A stretch of DNA of 63,214 bases, the filler included, from Rhabdomonas costata (Eukaryota), in the NCBI GenBank assembly GCA_019059605.1. It is 47 parts of 47 records of this genome, joined end to end, with 100 filler letters (N's around TTAATTAATTAA, not from the genome) between each part and the next. Parts side by side here need not be neighbours in the genome. Positions count along the whole stretch, not along the records: positions 51,193 to 52,438 come from JAHMHO010022025.1; positions 52,539 to 53,785 come from JAHMHO010022026.1; positions 53,886 to 55,132 come from JAHMHO010022027.1; positions 55,233 to 56,479 come from JAHMHO010022028.1; positions 56,580 to 57,826 come from JAHMHO010022029.1; positions 57,927 to 59,173 come from JAHMHO010022030.1; positions 59,274 to 60,520 come from JAHMHO010022031.1; positions 60,621 to 61,867 come from JAHMHO010022032.1; 39 more parts are not named here. One strand, written 5' to 3'. Shown one piece after another: positions 52,119 to 63,214 of this stretch (positions within the stretch are counted from its first letter, which is position 1; each line of letters opens with the position of its first letter). The translations under genes and the position numbers were made by a program. Under the pieces are notes generated by a model that saw only the letters and a list, made by a program, of their open reading frames with translations, did no database searches and was not told the origin of the DNA.

Positions 52119-53291
52119 GTATGGGGTAGGGGGGGATGAAGTCTTGAATTAAAATGAACAGACATCATGAAGATGATAACACGCAACCCAGTGATAAAAA
52201 ACATTTGCAATTGGAAATAGTGTCTCCCTTCTCGTTTAACGAGTGAAGAGTCTGCCCAGGTTTGTGATCCTTGATTTTGATGCTCTGTGTTTTTTGCACT
52301 TTTTCAAAAGGCGCGGGTTTGAGAGCGGTTCCTATCAGGTTCCCATATTGGAAAATCACCACCACGCTAAAGACGATCGTAAAGAGAAAGCAATTTGCTG
52401 CTTATGTTATTCTTCATTTTAGCGACACACACACAACANNNNNNNNNNNNNNNNNNNNNNNNNNNNNNNNNNNNNNNNNNNNTTAATTAATTAANNNNNN
52501 NNNNNNNNNNNNNNNNNNNNNNNNNNNNNNNNNNNNNNCGTGGAGGCCCGATGGTGCCGTTACCGAACAGAGCGCGCAGAATCAAAAATTCAGCTCAGAA
52601 CCACGATGTCTCAAATGGCGTTCTACCAAGTGATTTGGCAACAATTCCGAGCTCTCCCTCTCCTTTCCGGGGAGGGGTCTAACCACCCAACACTGTTCAT
52701 TGTTACCCAAAGGAACCCAAAGGAATATTTGACATTAAAACAATGAGTGAAGACACCCTGGGCCGCTCGAAGGGTTCAAAAGCAAGCAAAAAACCAAGAA
52801 GAAGTCCGCACACCCGAGCTGTTGGGACGTCGGCAAAGGTGTATATGCTCTCAAGAACAGACACGCACAGCCGCACCACCCCATCGTAGAACTGCATTGC
52901 CTCTGCAAAGCAAGCCAGAGACTACGGATCAAGCGCAGTTCCTCACGTCAGTCAGTAAAATACCACCATCAAAATTGTGCAAAAAGCAGCCACCACCGCA
53001 AAAAAAATCACCATATGTCTCAGGGCGACAAAACTGAAATATTCTGGAGAATCAATTTCTCACCCTGAACTTGAAAGCTGGTCGATCAAGGCGATGCTAT
53101 CACTTGTAATCCTCCCCCCTTCTCCTCTTGCGCCACAAAGTTTTATCGCCCACTCATTCTTCAAGGTTCGGAAAAAATTCCGCTCGAGGAAGCTGAGATG
53201 AGGGCAGAAAGCTGCCACTTTCGGATCGGTCCTTTTTTATAAAAACCAGAAATTCCGATAACTCGCCAAAGCCGAGGAGGGGGAGGGGTAC

Positions 53292-53689
53292 CTTGAAACG
53301 TGGCGCCCTGGTTCGCCACCTCGTACCGCATGTCAACAACTCCCTCGAGCTCAGTGATCACCAGGGAAACCCTCCCCGCCAGGTCCTGTTGCAGTAGAGG
53401 ACGGGAAGGCAAATAAAAACTACCTTTCCCATCTTATTGCGGCATATCCCTTCTCTCTCTGAAACACAAAAGCCGCAGCAAGTGCTCCGAGAGAGTGCCC
53501 ACCACTCGACGTAAAATGTTGCAGGTGTGCCGATGCAAAGAGAAACGAAGGCGAAAAATCGAACGGTACCCCCATCCCACCCACCACCTGAGACACGACA
53601 TAGATCTTGTGATCTTGAGTGAAGTTCCGCAGATTCAGGGCCAACGCATCCGTGACAGCATACGCATCGGCCAGGTCTGGAGATCCCCA
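53292..53689 (-). CDS. Two in-phase exons, unknown protein
   Basis: 53689-53588 (WGSPDLADAYAV...YVVSQ) and 53385-53292 (DLAGRVSLVITE...ATFQ), with canonical splice sites and matching phase. Confidence 0.6.
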
Positions 53690-53887
53690 CTGCAGCGTAA
53701 AGAAAATGGGCGACCAGCGCACACAAGCAGGTGAAAAATACTACCACACAGAAGCGATTAGTGAGCCTGATTGATTGACTGATCANNNNNNNNNNNNNNN
53801 NNNNNNNNNNNNNNNNNNNNNNNNNNNNNTTAATTAATTAANNNNNNNNNNNNNNNNNNNNNNNNNNNNNNNNNNNNNNNNNNNNTG

Positions 53888-54871
53888 ACATACTGGGCCA
53901 ATTCCATCGCCGTTACGACCGATGGAAATTTTGTCATCAGCGGCAGCGCGGACAAGTCCGTTAAGGTATGGAATCTTCAAACTGGGAAGGAGGAGCATAG
54001 CTTAGACGGACACACCAATTCTGTCAGTGCAATTGCCGTGACTTCAGACGGAAAGCACATCATCAGCGGGAGTTGGGACACAACGGTTAAGGTATGGAGC
54101 GTAGATACCTGGGAGGAGGAATGCACTCTTCAGGGGCACACTGAGTGTGTGAAAGCCGTCGTAGTGACGTCGGATGGGAGGCACGTTGTGACCGGCAGTG
54201 AGGACCGGACCATCAAGATTTGGAACCTGCTTACTCGAAAGGAGGAGCGCACACTTATGGGGCACTCCGACCACGTCAGTGCCCTCGCCGTTACGCATGA
54301 CGGGAAGCATGTTGTCAGCGGGAGTTTTGACGCGACTATCAAAATGTGGCAGCTGGATACCGGAACTGAGGAGAAGACTTTTAAGGGACACGCAGACTGC
54401 GTCAACTCAGTCGCGGTAACCCCTGACGACATTCACATTGTGAGCGGCAGTGCGGACCGAACCATCGTAGTGTGGAATGTGAGATCTGAGAAAGAGGAGA
54501 GGATTCTGAAGGGACACAGAGGCTTCGTATCCACAGTTGTCGTGACCTCTGATGGAAAGCACATCGTCAGCGGCAGTGACGACAAGACCATCAAAGTGTG
54601 GGATCTGGATGACGGAGGTGAGGAGGGTGGCCACGCTGGTTCCCTGGTGCCATCCTCCTTTTCACAGCCCTCGGATTCCGTGGCGAAGGAGAAGGATCCC
54701 AGCGGTATCAGTTGGATGTTCTCGTCTCTTGGCGTTGTGCCAGTGAGTATTGGGTACATCTACCATGCCAAAGATATGAGCAATGTGATTCTCTCTGACG
54801 ACTCAGCAGCCCCATCTGTACTTCGCAGAGCAATGTGGTCCCCAGCGGTGTTCCAGTCGGAGTTCATCTAA
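53888..54871 (+). CDS. WD40-repeat protein (at least 6 regular 42-aa repeats; 5'-truncated)
   Basis: Repeated GH...V..V.VT.DG.H.VSGS.D.TIK.W in one uninterrupted ORF from the contig start. Confidence 0.95.
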   Translation, partial: TYWANSIAVTTDGNFVISGSADKSVKVWNLQTGKEEHSLDGHTNSVSAIAVTSDGKHIISGSWDTTVKVWSVDTWEEECTLQGHTECVKAVVVTSDGRHVVTGSEDRTIKIWNLLTRKEERTLMGHSDHVSALAVTHDGKHVVSGSFDATIKMWQLDTGTEEKTFKGHADCVNSVAVTPDDIHIVSGSADRTIVVWNVRSEKEERILKGHRGFVSTVVVTSDGKHIVSGSDDKTIKVWDLDDGGEEGGHAGSLVPSSFSQPSDSVAKEKDPSGISWMFSSLGVVPVSIGYIYHAKDMSNVILSDDSAAPSVLRRAMWSPAVFQSEFI

Positions 54872-55284
54872 TCTGAGGAGGGATTTCCGATCAATTTTCG
54901 AATGATAAGATATGAATGAGCCGTTTTACCGTTTGTGCGCGTGCGCTTGTTTTTCTTTGCTATTGAAGTTCTCCACCGATTTTTGGGTTGCACTCTGCTC
55001 ACTGCCTGTTATACATTGTGGTTGCATGTTACTTTGCGGTCCTCTTTCACGGGATACAGATGGCTATTGATGGCGGTTTTCCGTTTTTCAGATGCACAGG
55101 TATCCCTTTTATTGCAGAAATATTGTGTTTTGNNNNNNNNNNNNNNNNNNNNNNNNNNNNNNNNNNNNNNNNNNNNTTAATTAATTAANNNNNNNNNNNN
55201 NNNNNNNNNNNNNNNNNNNNNNNNNNNNNNNNGGGGTTGTTGATATGTGTTTGTGTGGCTGTCCGTCTGGGGTGGCATTCACAC

Positions 55285-56337
55285 CCTGGTTGTCAAGGAA
55301 AGCCTCATGCACTCCGAGAGCATCCCGGAGATGTGCCGGAGGAAGACCTCGGGGTTAGTGGGCAGCGTGCTGAGCAAGGCCTTGAACAGCCGCAGAAGTA
55401 GCGCACCCTCGGCCATCGCCGGCGAACTCGAGTCCGCCAGGATCCTGACCAAAGGCAAATAGAAAAGAAAGTAAACATCCAGAGAAAACGCACGATTCTT
55501 GATTTAATAAAGTGAAGAGCTGTGCGAGTCCATCATCCAATCATGCTAAGAGATTGGCTCAACCGCGAGCAATGAAAGGAGTCAAGGAAAAATCACGTCT
55601 TTCCTCATTTGCTTACCCAGCAGCTCTTGCGAGCCCATAAAAATGAACGGAAAAGCCCAATAAATATCAGTAGTGAAAATGAATAGCGGCGACATCAAGA
55701 ACTTCGCGGTTGCGCAGCACTGCATGTTGTTTGTGGGAAAGAAAAGCAATTTCATACGGGAGCTTCCTCAGCAGGAACTTCAGCAGCACCTCAATGAAGA
55801 CCCGGGCCACCCCCGGGGTGAGTAGCAGGGTGCTGACAAACCCATGCAGGCCAGAGGACCCGCGGAGCAGGCAGCGGTAGAGCAGGGGCAGGTGCCGCTC
55901 CACCAGCGCCACAAAGATGCGGGCATCCAGAAGTGCAAAGACACACCCAAAGCTCTCCGCCAGCTACAGGAACAGCAGGAGAGAGAGAGAGAGAGAGAAG
56001 AAAGCGAGACGAAAATAACGACAGATTTCCCAGGCTACCTAACCTTAATTAATTGTTGCTGGTATCATTTGGAATTATTATTTCGAGAACAGAGCGCAGC
56101 GGTCGTCATATAAGAGCGGTTCAGAATCCGCCATCACAACGCCCTCCCCCCCTCCAAAGCACAACCACCAACACACAGCAAAACAGAGAAAGATAGAATA
56201 AACCTCTCTTTCCTCTGTGATGGCAGCGAAGTCCTCCAGGGCAGCTGGAGTTGCACAGACATGAAGACATTGCAGCCCGGAGCCCATCAGTTTTCCCAAC
56301 ACCTTCACCTCCTCCGGGGAAAGGTCTTTCAGTCCAC
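55285..56337 (-). CDS. TRRAP: TRRAP/Tra1-like HEAT region, 3 exons
   Basis: Exons 56337-56204, 55963-55758 and 55444-55285 splice in phase as EERE|LAESFGCVF...LLKFLLRKLP|...LLLRLFK. This parallels the Tra1/TRRAP segment 'EEKE.LE.F..VF...F..IL...L...LP...L.LFK'. Confidence 0.72.
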
Positions 56338-56695
56338 CTGGAAGAAAGAGAATCATCCGCATCACCATCTCCAGAAAAAAGTGGCGGAGGGAAGGTGCAA
56401 ACAACACTGAGATAAATGTTAGCTAAATGGATCCGATACCTTGAGAGTCTCAGCGCTGTTTGCACCCTCCCACCACCACNNNNNNNNNNNNNNNNNNNNN
56501 NNNNNNNNNNNNNNNNNNNNNNNTTAATTAATTAANNNNNNNNNNNNNNNNNNNNNNNNNNNNNNNNNNNNNNNNNNNNTTTTGTGGGGAACTTTTTGGA
56601 AGGTAAACGAGAAAAAATAGCGGCCCCAAACAGGAGTGGGGAGGGCATATTTTATCTCGTTTACCTTCCAAAAAGTTCCCAAAAAACGGAACCAG

Positions 56696-57708
56696 GGCTG
56701 GTCAGCGCCCGGCTCAGTCAGTTCGAACTGTTCCGCCAGCACGACGCCCACGAGGCCCTGCGGTACATCCTCGACGCCCTCAGCGATGACCTCAACCGCC
56801 ACACTGTCGCCCCGGTGTGTGTGTGTGTGTGTGTGCGAGCGTGCGTGCGTGCGTTTTGGCAATCTCTCTGAAAATAAACCACCGCTGAACCGGGCACCTG
56901 TGTTGGCACGAGATGAATGCGTACGTCTGCCTGAATGTGTATGCTGAGGCAATTTGGAGGTTGCTGGCTCGCACAGGATCCTCCTCTTTCGAGGGTTTGG
57001 ATTGTGACTGACCCCTCATGCTTCTCACACCAATTTCTTTGAAGAGTGAATGTACTTGTGCCATCATTTTTTCCGCTGTCGACGTGTTCTGGTTGAGCCT
57101 CTTCTGCTTGTTGTTGGTGATTCTTTGCTGTCCCTGCTCCCCTATAAAAATGTGTGTATGACGCAGCGGTACCGTGAGCTCAAGGAAAACCCATGGGAGA
57201 CGGACTGCACGGTCTCGCAGCGCGTGTGGGAGCAGTGGCAGTCGATCAACGACAGCTACATCCAGGCTATCTTTGGCGGGCAGCTGAAGAACTCCCTGCG
57301 GTGCGGGCGGTGCCAGAACCGCAGCAGGTGATTGGGGTGGTCCTCGCCTCTTGCGTCAGCTCAATAAGAATGGCATTTGCATGATTTCCACTGGCTTCGC
57401 CATCCTCCATCATTTAGCGCAGGCCCTCCTGTAATTTGTAAACAGCTGTGTCAGCTTCCTTGGCAGTCTACTCAAGATTGGTCTGCCTTGTCCACCACTA
57501 TGCTCGACTTTCGCTCCCTGTGCTCAGGTTTGTTCTTTCGCCCCGATTCCATGAGCTCCTTTCCTCCCTTCTCTGCGGGTGGTTTCGTTCCAAAGGGCGT
57601 TCGATCCCTTCCTCGACCTCTCGCTGCCCATCCCCAGGGCGGGGGGCAACGGGGCGGTGACACTGGAGGACTGCCTGTGGGCGCTGTGCAAAGAGGAGCA
57701 GCTTTCCG
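56696..57708 (+). CDS. Ubiquitin-specific protease (USP2/USP8-like), 3 exons
   Basis: 56696-56814 QHDAHEALRYILDALSDDLNR; 57167-57327 IFGGQLKNSLRCGRC; 57596-57708 FDPFLDLSLPIP...TLEDCL. Confidence 0.93.
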
Positions 57709-58018
57709 GTGGCTGAGCAACCCCTCCCACTTCCCCCACATGACCACCAGGCTGAAACCTGGTGGATAGAAACCTTAACCCTGGTTGCCAGGGGAAACGG
57801 AGATGCGCCCGTGAAACCCCCAAACCNNNNNNNNNNNNNNNNNNNNNNNNNNNNNNNNNNNNNNNNNNNNTTAATTAATTAANNNNNNNNNNNNNNNNNN
57901 NNNNNNNNNNNNNNNNNNNNNNNNNNGTGGGTTTTGACAGCTGCACGCTGGGGTTCCACTGACCTCCCAAGGCATTACTGATTCCTCCCTGTCATCGAGG
58001 TATCCTCCCTTGCAAGGT

Positions 58019-58871
58019 CAGTGGAACCCCAGCGTGCAGCTGTCTTCACCCGTGCAAATTTCCACCGCTCCTACGGGGCTGAGTGGCTCGCCCGTGTCCT
58101 CGTCGACGGGGACACCGCCTCCTCAATTGGTGTGGACTGCTCCGCCGCCGCGGCAGGCCACAGAGCACAGGCTGCGGAGCTACCAAAAGGAGTTGCTGGA
58201 GCAGTGCACTGCACGGAACTGCGTGGTGTTCTGCCCCACTGGTGCAGGCAAGACCCTCATAGGTGTGGGAGTGGGGATCTCCCCCCTCCCTCGCGTTCAT
58301 GTGCCGGGGTGTGTGGTGTGAACGTTTGTAGCATCGAGTGACAGCGGTGATATCGATTCACTACTCTTAGTGTTTCGGTGGGCTCCAGGGCTTCATTGAC
58401 TGAGAATGAGGTATCGTCTTTTTATGCGTGCGCATGGCCAAGCTGTCAGTTACGTGAGGGACTCGCAGTTTGCTGCTGCTGCTGCTGCCCTTGCTTTGTT
58501 TATCAATGCGGATAATGGATCCGGTTTGTGTACAAGTGAATACTTGATTCTGTTTCAGTTACGCCGCTGCAGCCTTCGGTCGAAGTTGGGTACAGCTCCA
58601 CCTCAGCCGTTGAATTCTGCGATAACAATCTTCCAAGCTCTGCCGGAATGTTTGGGAAATGAATCCAACATTCCCATATTTTTTGGACTTTGCAGCCGTT
58701 GCTCTGGCTGAGCGGATGCTCTCCCGCCCGCCTCGAGCGAAACCCATTCCGGAATCCTCCCGCAAGGGGTGGCCGCGGGCCCCAAAAACCTTAGTGGTGT
58801 TCCTGGCCCGCACCAAGCCCCTGATCGAGCAGCAGGGTGACGTCTTCGAGAGCAGCCCGCTAAACCTTCGG
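58019..58871 (+). CDS. Dicer/RIG-I/FANCM-type DExD/H helicase, N-terminal exons
   Basis: LRSYQKELLE...NCVVFCPTGAGKTLI (to 58262) splices in phase 1 to 58696-58871 AVALAERML...VVFLARTKPLIEQQ (motif Ia). The 5' boundary is approximate. Confidence 0.88.
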
Positions 58872-60250
58872 GTGCATGAGCTTTGCTCATCTCTCCCCTT
58901 GAGGCTCTTTCCGGCGCCTTTTTTTTTTGCCTGACCCTCAGGCAGTTACCAAACGTGACTGCTATTGGTGCGCTTGAGTTTTCTATTTCGTTTTCGTCAG
59001 TGTTTGCACACAAAATTATCACCAGAACACACACACCTTCTGTCTTCCTCGACGTTCTCGATTAAAGGGTATGTCGGTTGGCAGTTGTTTTCGCGAGGGT
59101 TGTGGCCGCCGATTTCCAGATGACTGAGATCTCTCACCCTTCTATTCGATTTTGCCCGAGGGAAAACAACCACNNNNNNNNNNNNNNNNNNNNNNNNNNN
59201 NNNNNNNNNNNNNNNNNTTAATTAATTAANNNNNNNNNNNNNNNNNNNNNNNNNNNNNNNNNNNNNNNNNNNNGTGGTTGTGTGCCAAACATCACTCAGC
59301 GCAGCAGGCGTGACCTCATTTCCGGTTCGCAATCGTGGGGAGGGAGGGAGGCCACAAAAATGTGAATGATTGGAATTTGCGTGGAGTGAGACAGTGTGAA
59401 ATGGGTTTGTGTGCTGACAGGAGTTGTGCAGTTAGGGTCGGAAACAGCCGAAAGCGGACCTTGAGAAGGTCTTATCTTTCGCGTGGAGGAGTCCGAGCCT
59501 CATACCCGGCTCATCGCTAAGCTATTAGGGGTGCAAGTGAGTTCTCCGAGCCCTTCACAAGCCTTACTGATTCAGCTGCTTCCTTCTCTCCTCGAACTGG
59601 CAGCCCTTCACCCTCGCTCACCGTCATTTCTTTAGGATTTGTACTTGTACATTTTGCCTTGTACCTGGTCTTGCGGGGTTGTGGCACAGAACGTCGCTGC
59701 GGCCACGCTCTCCAGCAGTCCCAGCCCAGGTTCCCAGCTGGCTCGCACTAGCCCCTTGGACGACCGGTTGGCCCCACACTCCCCACCTTCCCTGCCATAA
59801 CTGGAGGTCGGCTTCGCTGTGCTCGGGCAAGCCCTCACCTTTACGGCGACCCTGAGTTGGAATTTAAGTTGGATTGGCTGGCCTATTAAGAGCTTTTTAG
59901 GGTTTTTTTTTTGAAGTGTTTCACCGCACGCGTCACCACTGTTCAGTGAAAGACCCACTTACCAGTGGGCAAATGGCAAACGACGAACAACACACAAGGA
60001 ACAAGAAAGACATGAAAAGCCGGAAGGTGGTAAGGGAGACGTATGCAGACCCCAGAACCACAGGGAAGCACTCCTGGAGGGCAAAGAGTGGTGTGGGTTG
60101 TTAAGGGGATTTTGTTCTTTACATCAGAGAGGAAGAATGGAAGGAAGCGAGGAAGCGGTGTAGCAATAGCGGAATGACCCCACCGCGTTCAGACGTTCTC
60201 CACGGATCGCATCTGATTTTATGGATGTGTGTGTGCTGTCCCCTCCCAAG

Positions 60251-60326
60251 GGTGAACCTGGAGCTGCTCCAGCGCAACATTCGCTTCGTCGCCGAAGTCC
60301 TCTTCCGGCACCTACACGGCCTGAAG
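60251..60326 (+). CDS. Nicalin-like exon
   Basis: VNLELLQRNIRFVAEVLFRHLHGLK resembles nicalin 'VD...L.RN.+.+AE.L.R.IY'; AAG acceptor and putative GC donor. Confidence 0.65.
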
Positions 60327-61132
60327 GCACGCGCTCACACACACGCACACACAATACCAGGGAATCTTTCAATTCCTGCCGTGGTGCGAAGAGCACTTCA
60401 CCCCGTTCTGGTTCACAACAGAGGGTTTGACGAAAACTGTTCGTGATCATTGCACACCCCTTCATTCGTACCAAGATGGCGGGATCCATGAGTATCGCCC
60501 AAAGCCCACAAACCCCAAAANNNNNNNNNNNNNNNNNNNNNNNNNNNNNNNNNNNNNNNNNNNNTTAATTAATTAANNNNNNNNNNNNNNNNNNNNNNNN
60601 NNNNNNNNNNNNNNNNNNNNTGCTTGGGTTTCAGAAGAGTACTGGATTTTCCAGAAGCTGCTTGCCTTGGCTCGCAAAGCACGCGAGCAGCTCGAGGGCA
60701 TTTTGAAGCTGACAGGAAAGGTCTCAACGTGAAATGGTGAATTCCCCTTGAATTTCATGCCCCCATCGCTTGCACCGTTTTTGTCTGTGGCTACTGTCGA
60801 TGTGTTATGTGCTGGTTTTAAATTGTTAGTTTTGAAGAGTTAAATGAATTCTTTTCAATGAATGTGTTTTATAAGTGAATGGATGCAACATGGGGGAGTG
60901 GAAATTTGCTCTGAAATTCCCGGCGTGGTGCAGGTTTTCTTCAATGGGGAGGTCATTTGTCATGCTCAATACATAACCTGCGAAGGCTCTTGACACACTG
61001 TTTGCAGTGACCTGAAATGCAATGTTATACACAATTTTGCCCCCTCCTGCCCGCATCCAGTGTCTGTATCTCACTTTCCTTTCCCTGTTTCCAGGTTGAT
61101 TGCCTTCATTTCTCTCCCTTCCATCTGTACAG

Positions 61133-61821
61133 GCGATTGTTGGGCAGCAGCGTGTTCCGTTCACTCGAGAAACCTCAGGCTTCTCCACCGTTGTCACGAA
61201 CATCTGCTCGGACCTCTCCCGGGGAGACCACCTCATCGCCCTTGTGGGGACCCTTTTCCCCTCCATTTGCGGGCCTCTTCTGCAAGAGTTGACCAAACCA
61301 GAGGCCTGGTTTTCAAGCACTATACAAGGTGGTCGCTTCCCTGCTTCTGACGTGACCTGGTTTTGTCCTCGTTCCGTTCACAAGCCTTTTCATTTGTGGC
61401 CAACAGGAATCAAACACCCAGGTCATGCTCGCTTGGTGGCGCGAACGGGAACACGACACGAAGGGCCTCAGCTTCTATGCCAGTGAAATGAGCTGGGTCC
61501 GTAGGAAGTTCCAGCAGTGGTGCATGCAGTTTTGCGGTGCCGTCGAAGAGCCAATGGCTCAAGCGCTCCCACAAGACCTGCTTCTTTGGCTTGAACCCCT
61601 TGTTCAAGTTCAGGTATTGCCCTTCCTTTGTGCGAGTCCTCGCGCCATGTCCCCTAGAGCGGCTCGAGAAGGTTGTGGAGGTGGCCTCTATGTTGGGGTG
61701 CGAGGCGGGAGTCACCGTGGAGGCCCTCAAGAAGGGCGACCACACCACGATGGTGACCTTGTTGTCAAAGCTAATGGCCTACTCCATGCTGGCATGCCTT
61801 CTTATCCTCGCAACACAATAA
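61133..61821 (+). CDS. Calponin-homology-domain-like protein, probable exons 61133-61328 and 61658-~61790
   Basis: VTNICSDLSRGDHLIALVGTLFP joined to ERLEKVVEVASMLG...GDHTTMVTLLSKL rebuilds a CH-like fold; boundaries are uncertain. Confidence 0.5.
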
Positions 61822-62231
61822 CAATTCGTTCCCCCGTGTCACTTTGGTTGTGTTGCCCTTTTGACCGNNNNNNNNNNNNNNNNNNNNNNNNNNNNNNNNN
61901 NNNNNNNNNNNTTAATTAATTAANNNNNNNNNNNNNNNNNNNNNNNNNNNNNNNNNNNNNNNNNNNNAGGTGTTTGTAATAACAGAGTACGTGGCGAGCG
62001 GTGTGGGGTGTGGGTTTGCCTACCTTTTCTTGAATGCCTAGTTCCTCTTCCGCTGGTTTTGTAGTAGGCTGCTGGCTCTTCCTGCAAAACGAGTACGTTT
62101 TGTAGATCCGTGTAAATCGACTGCCGTTATGAGATTCGGAGCAGCCGATTCTCTGAAATAACTGCGGTACCAGGTAAACTGCAGCGTTCTGTGCTGTACT
62201 GTGCTGTCCGCACTACCCTAATGCGCGGCAG

Positions 62232-62646
62232 GTGTGCCTGCCGCGGCTCGACTTGTCCGGTTCCTTGCGCAAAGCGCACCGTAACCTGAAATTTGCGATC
62301 AGCAGCGGCGGCGGAAGCGAAGGCACCAGCAACGCGACTCGGGCTTTCGTCCCAGGGCTCAGCGAACTGCCGCCGCAAAGTATGTGCAGACGTGTGTTTC
62401 ATGTTTTAGTAGCTTTGATTTGGTGTTTAAATTCCCGCAGAAATCAGGAAATGCGGTTGGTCATGGCATATTTTCCAGCGGAGATGTGTTTTCGCATCTT
62501 CATCCTTTTTCGGAGGACGCATGTAGAGGCAGGACGTTGTTAAAAGGAACTTGTGTTAATCTTATTTTAAGCATACAGGTGGGAGTGGCGCTAGTCGTGA
62601 AGAGCTTGCGAAGGTTTCCGTTGGATATGGCGAGGATGATATCACG
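62232..62646 (+). CDS. Two in-phase exons, unknown protein
   Basis: 62232-62379 and 62579-62646 have canonical sites and join in phase 1 without stops. Confidence 0.45.
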
Positions 62647-63214
62647 GTGCGTAAGGGAGCGAGTGAGGCGGAGAGGACGTGAAAGAGGTTCTCCCGCCTT
62701 TCTCGCTTGTGCAATGGTGAGGCACCACTGAGGCTGCTGCGGGTCTTCTCTAGCCACACCTACATGACTTTTCTCTCTCTTGTCACACCTACGTGATCTA
62801 GGCCGTGACAGTTCCCCGCCAAGTCCCCGCCCTGCGCCGTTTGGCTGACGCACGCAAGCATGGAATTGGCGACCTTCCGTTTCGAAACAAACAACAGAAA
62901 GAATAGGTAAGAATAGGTAATGTAATTGGCAGTTGCTTTGTGTTTCTTTTGAAATAGGGTCAAATCGAAAAACTTCGACCTAGAGCCCATCCCCCAAAAC
63001 ACTCAGACGGAAGACCAGACATAGTTTTTTTTTTCGAAGGTTATGTCGCAACGACGCCGCGCGGCAAGAAGCATTCGGCGAACGAATCGATAATGGGCAA
63101 GCCGAGAATGTGGAACCTGGCGAAAAAAATCAGAATCAGTCCACGCAAAGCCAAAACCCTACAGACCATTTTTGAGCCGCAGCAACTCTGCCAGAAGAGG
63201 CAGACCAAAACAAC

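Noticed and set aside
56587..56680. 33-bp inverted repeat with one mismatch, terminator-like
   Set aside because: Contig-terminal and in a eukaryotic intron; most likely an artefact.
1249..61967. Regularly spaced TTAATTAATTAA as a CRISPR-like or biological repeat
   Set aside because: It is an assembly linker flanked by exactly 44 Ns on each side; the ~1.35-kb periodicity reflects size-binned contigs.
4229..62646. Euglenid non-conventional (non-GT/GC-AG) introns
   Set aside because: Every intron with both ends visible could be explained as GT-AG or GC-AG; others cannot be shown without cDNA.
63017..63040. ATAGTTTTTTTTTTCG resembling the 3' end of the euglenid spliced leader
   Set aside because: The upstream leader sequence does not match and no GT donor follows directly.

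Overview
This window is not a contiguous locus. It is 47 unrelated contigs of about 1244-1248 bp, joined by an artificial 100-bp spacer (N44-TTAATTAATTAA-N44), so gene neighbourhood across spacers means nothing. The contigs come from an intron-rich eukaryotic nuclear genome. A euglenozoan, most likely a euglenid, is inferred from a kinetoplastid-like mevalonate diphosphate decarboxylase that carries cis-introns, an axonemal dynein, and atypical 5' splice sites. G/T-only contig starts, C/A-only contig ends and terminal fold-back inverted repeats point to whole-genome amplification. Recognisable spliced gene fragments include thioredoxin, a Ser/Thr kinase, a polycystin/GAIN-like protein, a GT90 glycosyltransferase, an FAD monooxygenase, a DEAD-box helicase, an ankyrin protein, a CEP104-like domain, MVD, a hybrid histidine kinase, a 5'-nucleotidase C domain, histone H2A, PP2C, an ADP-ribosyltransferase, eIF4E, a CBS protein, dynein heavy chain, a WD40 array, TRRAP/Tra1, a USP, a Dicer/RIG-I-type helicase, nicalin and a CH-domain protein. 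There is also a decayed DD41D Tc1/mariner element. The most interesting biological signals are a GYRYG-like donor consensus with frequent candidate GC-AG introns, the DD41D transposon, the double-receiver histidine kinase and several defence-type domains. No multi-gene novel system can be supported from this window. All family calls are by eye from recalled motifs; no searches were run.
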